A stretch of DNA of 64,000 nt, taken from Vulcanimicrobiota bacterium (GTDB lineage: Bacteria > Vulcanimicrobiota > Xenobia > Xenobiales > JADMJV01). The notes under the pieces were generated by a model. The model was not told the origin of the DNA. It saw only the letters and a list, made by a program, of their open reading frames with translations, and did no database searches. The stretch is from assembly GCA_050250895.1 (NCBI GenBank), contig JBFWNU010000002.1, positions 535,659 through 599,658 of the forward strand, written 5' to 3'. Below, one piece after another: positions 58,331 to 64,000 of this stretch. Made by a program: the position numbers and the translations under genes. Position 1 is the first letter of the stretch, and every line of letters begins with the position of its first letter.

Positions 58331-59349
58331 GCGACCACCCCTTGCTTTTGCAGGCGGCCTTCGCCAGCGAGCCAGAACTGGCGCGGCAGAGCTGGGAGCA
58401 GTGGCTCGAACTGTTCGGCCATCAGGTGCTCGACAGCGATCAGACGCGATTGTTGCCGCTGCTCTATCGTCGCCTCGGCGCTCAGGTGCCGGGCGCTGGC
58501 GTGCTCAAACACTGCTACCGCCACGCCTGGTCGCGCTCGCGCCAATTGCGCCGCCAGACGGTGGAACTGGTGACCGAACTCAACCAGGTGGGGGTGGTGC
58601 CGATCTTGCTCAAAGGCGCTGCCCTGGCCAATTTCGTCTATCCCGACCCGGCTCTGCGGCCTATGAGCGACATCGATCTCTTGATCGCCCCGGCCGATTG
58701 GGAAGTTGCCTGGCAGCGCCTCGAGCAGCTGGGCTGGCGCTATTGGGGCTGGGCTAGCCATACTTACACTTTCAGTGATTCCGAGGGCCATGAACTGGAT
58801 GTGCACCGTTACTCGGTGCCAGAGTGTGTCTGGCCCGAAGCCGACCGCGAGTTTTGGCGACGCAGCCGCGAGGTCGATCTCGAGGGGGCGCGGGCTCGCA
58901 TTCTGGGCCCCGAGGACCAGCTGCTGCACCTGACCCTTCACGCCGTGCGTTCGCCGGGGCGCTGCCTGGTGGCTGACGCCCTCACCCTGCTCGGGAACCA
59001 TTGGCTCGACTGGGATGCCTTCTACGCTGAGGCACGGGCCCGCCGGGTGTTGGGCCAGGCGGTGGAAGGGGTCCAGCAGCTGGGGCACTGGCATGCCTGC
59101 CCCGCCGCGCCAAGGCTGAGCTGGCGCGAGCAACTCGAACACCGTCTGGCGGTGCGGGCCCGCAGCTGGGTTCCAGCCAACTACCTCTGGCAGTATCTGC
59201 TCTATTGCCGGGGCCACCGCCGGCGCGGCTCGCTACGGCTCTTCTTGCGCGAGCTCTGGGGGGTTCGCCCCGAGCAGACCCTGGTCGCGAGGTTGGTCGA
59301 GAAAATCATCGCGCGAGGAGGCCGGTCCTCGGGAGCGAAGCGAGGTTGA
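58327..59349 (+). CDS. Nucleotidyltransferase family 5 protein
   Basis: LLKGAAL, RPMSDIDLL and ELDVH. Confidence 0.88.
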   Translation: MSDHPLLLQAAFASEPELARQSWEQWLELFGHQVLDSDQTRLLPLLYRRLGAQVPGAGVLKHCYRHAWSRSRQLRRQTVELVTELNQVGVVPILLKGAALANFVYPDPALRPMSDIDLLIAPADWEVAWQRLEQLGWRYWGWASHTYTFSDSEGHELDVHRYSVPECVWPEADREFWRRSREVDLEGARARILGPEDQLLHLTLHAVRSPGRCLVADALTLLGNHWLDWDAFYAEARARRVLGQAVEGVQQLGHWHACPAAPRLSWREQLEHRLAVRARSWVPANYLWQYLLYCRGHRRRGSLRLFLRELWGVRPEQTLVARLVEKIIARGGRSSGAKRG

Positions 59350-59780
59350 TGACCGAGTTGAGTTATGAGTTGAGACGTCCGGATGTCGTGAGTGAAGAGA
59401 TCGAGGGCGAAGTCGTGGTGGTCCATCTGGTGAAAGGCCTGTATTACAGTCTTCAGGGCAGTGCCGCTGCCATCTGGGAGCAGCTGCTGCTCGGGGTGCC
59501 GGTGCGTGAAGTCAGCGAGCGTCTGGCGCCTCGCTATTCCGTCGAGCGGCCGCTCCTGGAACAGGCCGTGGTGGCGTTCGCCGAGCAGGTCCTCTCGGAA
59601 GGGCTGCTGGTCGCGCGCACCGCTCCCCCCAGCTTGCCTCCGGCCCGTCACCATGGGCGGGCCGAGGATTTCCAGGCCCCCGTGCTCGAGCGCTTTGACG
59701 ACATGCAAGAACTGCTGGTGCTCGACCCGATCCACGAGGTCGATGAGTCGGCCGGGTGGCCCCATCGCCGGGCTGTTTGA
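59349..59780 (+). CDS. PqqD/RRE domain fused to a C-terminal leader/core-like peptide
   Basis: EEIEGEVVVVHL..GLYYSLQGSAAAIWEQL RRE; tail FQAPVLERFDDMQELLVLDPIHEVDESAGWP. Confidence 0.88.
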   Translation: MTELSYELRRPDVVSEEIEGEVVVVHLVKGLYYSLQGSAAAIWEQLLLGVPVREVSERLAPRYSVERPLLEQAVVAFAEQVLSEGLLVARTAPPSLPPARHHGRAEDFQAPVLERFDDMQELLVLDPIHEVDESAGWPHRRAV

Positions 59781-60639
59781 TCTTTTAGCCCGCGCCGAGC
59801 AGTTTTGGTCGAGCCAGCGCGAGTTGGTCTGGCGACACTTTTCCGTCGCTGGCGAGCACCTGCGCGTCGGCAGTCCCGACAGCGAGCTGCTAGAGCGGCT
59901 GACCTGGGCGCTGGGTCCCGCCGAGCCTGGCCCGAGCGGCCTCGAGGTCAGACTCTGGTCCGGATCGCCCGAGCTGGTCCTGGAAGAGAGCTGGCGCCAG
60001 GCCCGCGGCGATTGTCCCGACTTTGGGCCGGGCCGGCTGACCCAGTGCGGGCCCGAGGCGCCGGTCTGTCTGTGGCAAGAGTCGCTCGCCTACTATTGGG
60101 TCCCGGGCCGGCTCTCGGACCACGAGCTGGGAGCTCCCTTGCGCACGGCCATCTATCTGTGGCTGGCCCGACAGCAGCGCCAACTGGTGCATGCGGCCGC
60201 CGTCAGTCGCGATGGACGAGCGGTGCTCATCGGGGGTCGGGGCGGCAGCGGCAAGAGTTTTCTCTGCCGGCACCTGGAAGGCTGGTCTTGCCTGGGCGAT
60301 GACTATGTGGGGCTGGGCCCGGGCGCGGTTTACCCGGTTTATCGTTCGCTCAAGCTCGATGGCCAGCTCGAGCGCCTCGAGCCTGCGGCCCCGGCCACCC
60401 TGGTGGGAGGTTTGCTGTTGGGGGCGGACGAGGGTCCGGCGCCGGTTTCGCGGCTGGCGCGGACGATCGGAGCCAGCACCCTGCTGCTGTTGCCGTGGTC
60501 GGACGCTGGCGACCTGGCCCGCATCGGCTCGGCTTTGAACGGGTTGCCCTGCTGGGGTTTGCCGGTCCGTCCCTCGGTCAAGGTGGTCCACCGCTGGTTG
60601 GCTCGGTTCTTTGACGCTTGCGGTCCAGCGAACGTTTGA
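59743..60639 (+). CDS. HPr-kinase-related P-loop kinase
   Basis: VHAAAV, GRGGSGKS and LGDDY. Start is uncertain. Confidence 0.8.
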   Translation: MSRPGGPIAGLFDLLARAEQFWSSQRELVWRHFSVAGEHLRVGSPDSELLERLTWALGPAEPGPSGLEVRLWSGSPELVLEESWRQARGDCPDFGPGRLTQCGPEAPVCLWQESLAYYWVPGRLSDHELGAPLRTAIYLWLARQQRQLVHAAAVSRDGRAVLIGGRGGSGKSFLCRHLEGWSCLGDDYVGLGPGAVYPVYRSLKLDGQLERLEPAAPATLVGGLLLGADEGPAPVSRLARTIGASTLLLLPWSDAGDLARIGSALNGLPCWGLPVRPSVKVVHRWLARFFDACGPANV

Positions 60640-61273
60640 GCACGGTGGCCAGCAGACGATTGTGCTCGACCATCGAGGTGTTGTCAGAGTGAACGCGTTT
60701 GTCGACCACCACGGCGTCGAGCATGACCCCTTCGACCCCCAGGTCACCGGCCCGAGCGAACCAGTCGACGTCGTGGGCGTTGGGATAGGCCGGGTCGAGC
60801 AGGCCCACTCGCTCGAAGGCGCTGCGATGAGCCAAGAGGGTCTCCATGATCTTGCCCGGATGCTCGCCCACCAGGAGCTTGGGGCGAAAGCCCGCGGGAG
60901 TCTGGCTGCCTTCCAGAAAGAAGCGAACCTTTCCAGTGGCAAACAGGCAATCCGGGCGGGCCCGCAGGGCCGCTAGCTGGTCGGCCAGCTTGTCGGGGCG
61001 ATAGAGGTCGTCGTGGGACAAAAACGCGATCCACTCGCCTCGAGCCTGGTGGATGCCGGTGTTGTAGGCGTCGGGGAGAGTGTCACCATGTTGGGGCATC
61101 CAGCGACAAAGCGAGGACTGCTCGGCAATCTGGCGCGAGCCGTCGGTCGATCCGCCGTCGACCACGAGGACCTCGAGAGGGCGATGGGTCTGGGCCTGGA
61201 TGCTGGCCAGGGCCTGGCCGAGGAAAGCCTCACCGTTCTTCACACAGACCACCACCGAAATCAGCTCGCTCAT
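60578..61273 (-). CDS. GT2 glycosyltransferase
   Basis: VCVKNGE, DGGSTD and FLSHDD. Confidence 0.9.
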   Translation of the reverse strand: MSELISVVVCVKNGEAFLGQALASIQAQTHRPLEVLVVDGGSTDGSRQIAEQSSLCRWMPQHGDTLPDAYNTGIHQARGEWIAFLSHDDLYRPDKLADQLAALRARPDCLFATGKVRFFLEGSQTPAGFRPKLLVGEHPGKIMETLLAHRSAFERVGLLDPAYPNAHDVDWFARAGDLGVEGVMLDAVVVDKRVHSDNTSMVEHNRLLATVLKRSLDRKRQRTEPTSGGPP

Positions 61274-62130
61274 CGCCGCAACCATCGCTTCCAGAAGCCG
61301 GCGCGGCAGCTGTGGCGCGGCTCCCAACCCAGCAATGCAGAGGCCTTGCGGTTGCTAAACCAGGCCTGATAGCCCTGCGGCGGGGGCTGAAAGGTGTCCA
61401 GCCAGCCCGGCAGGCCCCGTTCGAAGAGAGCGCGCGTTTCGACCGAAGCGGTGGTGTCGCTGGCCAGCAAGTAGACGGCGGAAAACGATGGAGGAGCGGC
61501 CAGGGAGAGGTAATCTTCGCAGGCTCGATGCAGGTCGCGCAAATCGAGATAGTGCCACGGGTCGATCAGGTATCCCTCGCGCAGTTGGCCAGGACCGCGG
61601 TGGGGGAGGTAGGAGTCGGTCCGCTCGGGCTCCCAGACGGCGGCCAGACGCAGACACAACACCGACATCGAGGTCTCTTGCGAGAATTGCTCGAGGAATT
61701 TTTCGCAACCGAGCTTACTGCGGCCATAGTCGTCCTCGGCGTGGCAGTCGTCGCTTTCGTCGAAGGGCAGCCGCCGAGGCTTGAACAGGCGGGGGTAGGG
61801 CTGGTACTCGCCCTGCCCCTGGACGTTGATAGTGCTGGCCAGAACGAACCGCTCGACACCCGCCTCGGCGGCCGCCCGGGCCAGGTTCTCGGTGCTGACC
61901 AGATTGTTGGCGTAGGTGTCGGGCCCCGGGTGGGGCGTGCCCGCAAAGTGAAACACCGCCTCGGTGCCGGCCACTGCCCGGGCGCAAAACCCTGGTTCGC
62001 TCAGGTCTCCCACCAGTCGCTGGGTCGGCCCGGGACGCCGATCGGCGCAGACCACCCGGTGATTACGCTCTAACAGCGGACGCAGCCTCAAGCCGATCCG
62101 TCCCGCATCCCCGGTGAACAGCAACTTCAT
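61270..62130 (-). CDS. NAD-dependent epimerase/dehydratase
   Basis: TGDAGRIG and YGRSK. Confidence 0.9.
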   Translation of the reverse strand: MKLLFTGDAGRIGLRLRPLLERNHRVVCADRRPGPTQRLVGDLSEPGFCARAVAGTEAVFHFAGTPHPGPDTYANNLVSTENLARAAAEAGVERFVLASTINVQGQGEYQPYPRLFKPRRLPFDESDDCHAEDDYGRSKLGCEKFLEQFSQETSMSVLCLRLAAVWEPERTDSYLPHRGPGQLREGYLIDPWHYLDLRDLHRACEDYLSLAAPPSFSAVYLLASDTTASVETRALFERGLPGWLDTFQPPPQGYQAWFSNRKASALLGWEPRHSCRAGFWKRWLRR

Positions 62131-62144
62131 CGCCGACGCTTCCT

Positions 62145-63548
62145 CTAAGAGGCGCTCTGAACCTGTTCCTGGGCCTGCTGGAGCCGGCGGGCCCCCCGTA
62201 AGAGTAGCGACAGGCCACGCTCGAGCGAGAGGTCTTGAGGCACTTCCACCTGGGCCAGGGTCTGCACCGCCAGTTCGAGATCATCGAGAGCGCCCAGATA
62301 GAGCCGGCCTTCGCTGGGCGCCTCGTCGGCGGGCACCAGCTGGCGGGCCTTGGAGATGGCCGCCTGAAACTGGCTCAAGCGCTCGGTCAACAGCGACAGC
62401 GGAGAAGTGCCCTGCTGAAAGCCCAGGCAGGCCTGGCGCAGCTTGAGGATGTTCTCATATTCCGTGCCCTCCTGTTCATCCTCGGACAGGTCCAGCAGGT
62501 GCCGGTCGGCGCCTTGAATGGCCGGCAGCTTGACGGTACAGTGGGAACACAGGCGCCGGTGGAGAGCGTTGAGGTAGCCGCAAGAGGGGCAGGGGGCCGT
62601 CCCTTCGCGGGCGGCGACTTCTTGCAGGTGGGCCATCTGAGCATCGAGTCGATTCTTCAAGTCGCGCACCGGGCCGGCCAGATCGACCTCTTCGGCCTCT
62701 TCGACCGCTTCGGCGATAGCCAGCATCGTCTCGTCGAATTCGGCCAGGGTGTCGCCGATGGCGGCGCTGATTTCGCGAGTCTGGTGCCAGGCTTCGGCGG
62801 CCGCCGCCGTCATCTCGAAGCGTGAGGCCAGCCGGCGTACCTCGAGCAGCGCTCCCTCGACGGCCAGCAGGATGACCTCGGGGTCGGTCTGGGCCTCGAG
62901 CGTCTCGAGCAGACGGCTCACTCCCCACAGCCCCCCCTCGCGGACCCACTCGGCCGCCACCTCCGCGGTGGCGGCCAAGCGCTGGAAGGCCTGTTCCAGT
63001 TCGAGCCCGCCCAGGTCGGTGGCACCTCTGGCCCAGTCCTGCAGCGCTCGCAGTGCCTCGACCAGGCGAGCGGCCGAAGGCGGCCCTCCCTGACCGGACA
63101 GCCTTGCCTCCAATTCTCGCAAGTGGTGGTCGAGCAGTTGGCTCAGTCCGAATTCGAGGCTGGCGCCGCCCAGATAGCGACGGCCCGATTCGAGAATGCG
63201 ATTGACCCAGGCGATGGGGGTGGGGCCGTGGGCCTCCCACATGGCATCGCGAAAGGCCAGCGCCCATTGATTGACTTCGGCGTGGACCTGGCGTAGCTCG
63301 AGCAGGGCCTGGCGTGGAGATTCGGACTCGACGGCCGCCTCGGCCAGATCCTGGCAGCGGTCGAGGCGCGAGGTGATCTCTTCGAGATAGGGCTGCATGG
63401 CTTCGACCATCTCCTCGGGGTGGGGCTCGAGGGCGGTCTCGAACTGGCCCAACCACTGGCCCAGCCCATCCACGAACGCCTCGAGCAGGGGGCGGGCTTC
63501 GGCTTCGCCCTTGAGAACGCGCTCTAATTGAGCCTCGAAAGGATTCAT
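62145..63548 (-). CDS. Helical hypothetical protein with a zinc ribbon
   Basis: CPSC...CSHC. Start MNPFEAQ. Confidence 0.75.
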   Translation of the reverse strand: MNPFEAQLERVLKGEAEARPLLEAFVDGLGQWLGQFETALEPHPEEMVEAMQPYLEEITSRLDRCQDLAEAAVESESPRQALLELRQVHAEVNQWALAFRDAMWEAHGPTPIAWVNRILESGRRYLGGASLEFGLSQLLDHHLRELEARLSGQGGPPSAARLVEALRALQDWARGATDLGGLELEQAFQRLAATAEVAAEWVREGGLWGVSRLLETLEAQTDPEVILLAVEGALLEVRRLASRFEMTAAAAEAWHQTREISAAIGDTLAEFDETMLAIAEAVEEAEEVDLAGPVRDLKNRLDAQMAHLQEVAAREGTAPCPSCGYLNALHRRLCSHCTVKLPAIQGADRHLLDLSEDEQEGTEYENILKLRQACLGFQQGTSPLSLLTERLSQFQAAISKARQLVPADEAPSEGRLYLGALDDLELAVQTLAQVEVPQDLSLERGLSLLLRGARRLQQAQEQVQSAS

Positions 63549-63624
63549 ACCCGCTGCGAGGGTTCGGGATAGGGCCTTGTTCGCCTTCCAGGAGGCCTCG
63601 GGACTCACAGCAAAGAGGAGCAGC

Positions 63625-63984
63625 ATGCAGCAACTGATCGAGGAACTCAAGGCTCTGCACGAGGGCGTGCTGGGCCAGCCCCTGGTGGAGGAGCGTGAGC
63701 CAGAAAGGGTGTTGGCCCGACTGCGGGCCGGCGAGTCTGACTTTCCGCTCGCCTTGCGCTGGGATGACCAGCCCCACTCGGTGGTGGTCGAGTCGTTACG
63801 TTCTGAGCGGGTGTTTTTCTTCAACCCGATGCAGGCCGAGGATGTCCAGCCGGGCACTTTGCTCGGCGGGACCCGGGACGGGCCCCGTCGTCGCTCTGAA
63901 GAAGACGGCCTCGAGAGCGTTGCAGTGGAAGACTTTCGAGCGCTTTTTAGTCAGCGTCAGGCGGTTTGCCTGGTGCCCGGCTAG
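63625..63984 (+). CDS. Hypothetical protein
   Basis: RBS GAGGAG before ATG 63625. Confidence 0.7.
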   Translation: MQQLIEELKALHEGVLGQPLVEEREPERVLARLRAGESDFPLALRWDDQPHSVVVESLRSERVFFFNPMQAEDVQPGTLLGGTRDGPRRRSEEDGLESVAVEDFRALFSQRQAVCLVPG

Positions 63985-64000
63985 GCGACTTGCGGCCGCC

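Noticed and set aside
53233-62130. Lasso peptide or PQQ biosynthesis cluster
   Set aside because: No asparagine-synthetase-like cyclase, B2 peptidase, radical SAM enzyme or pqqBCE in the window.

Overview
High-GC bacterial chromosome segment. Protein style is suggestive of Vulcanimicrobiota/Eremiobacterota, but this is inference only. No rRNA, tRNA, CRISPR array, integrase or transposase was seen. (1) 1-19 kb: a partial giant repeat protein, effector-like membrane proteins, a RAPP-ending leader peptide, a POT transporter, a vWA/ADP-ribosylglycohydrolase-like fusion, a deleted metallophosphoesterase, a DUF222-type HNH nuclease embedded in palindrome-bearing repeats, a Clp-like ATPase and an orphan FliF-like gene. 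(2) 20.9-41.8 kb: a DosR/FNR-type dormancy island (USPs, Acg nitroreductase, WS/DGAT, HMG-CoA reductase, FtsH, GspE-CBS, Rv2004c-like kinase, pseudo-Lon, PRTase, HPF, CBS, flavodoxin, Crp/Fnr, NarL pair). It carries 12 TGAYC-N2-SRTCA boxes at fixed spacing, and six of its genes look leaderless. (3) 41.8-53.1 kb: a CarF/TMEM189 desaturase, two LLM oxidoreductases among modular hairpin repeats, and a 1672-aa annexin/repeat/Cys-peptidase protein. (4) 53.2-62.1 kb: an RRE(PqqD)-peptide fusion with two HPr-kinase-like proteins, two nucleotidyltransferases, three GT2s, an ABC exporter and an epimerase, but no lasso cyclase. The best novel-system candidates are the RRE-precursor cluster, the shared-leader effector set whose promoters match fliF, and the HNH repeat element.
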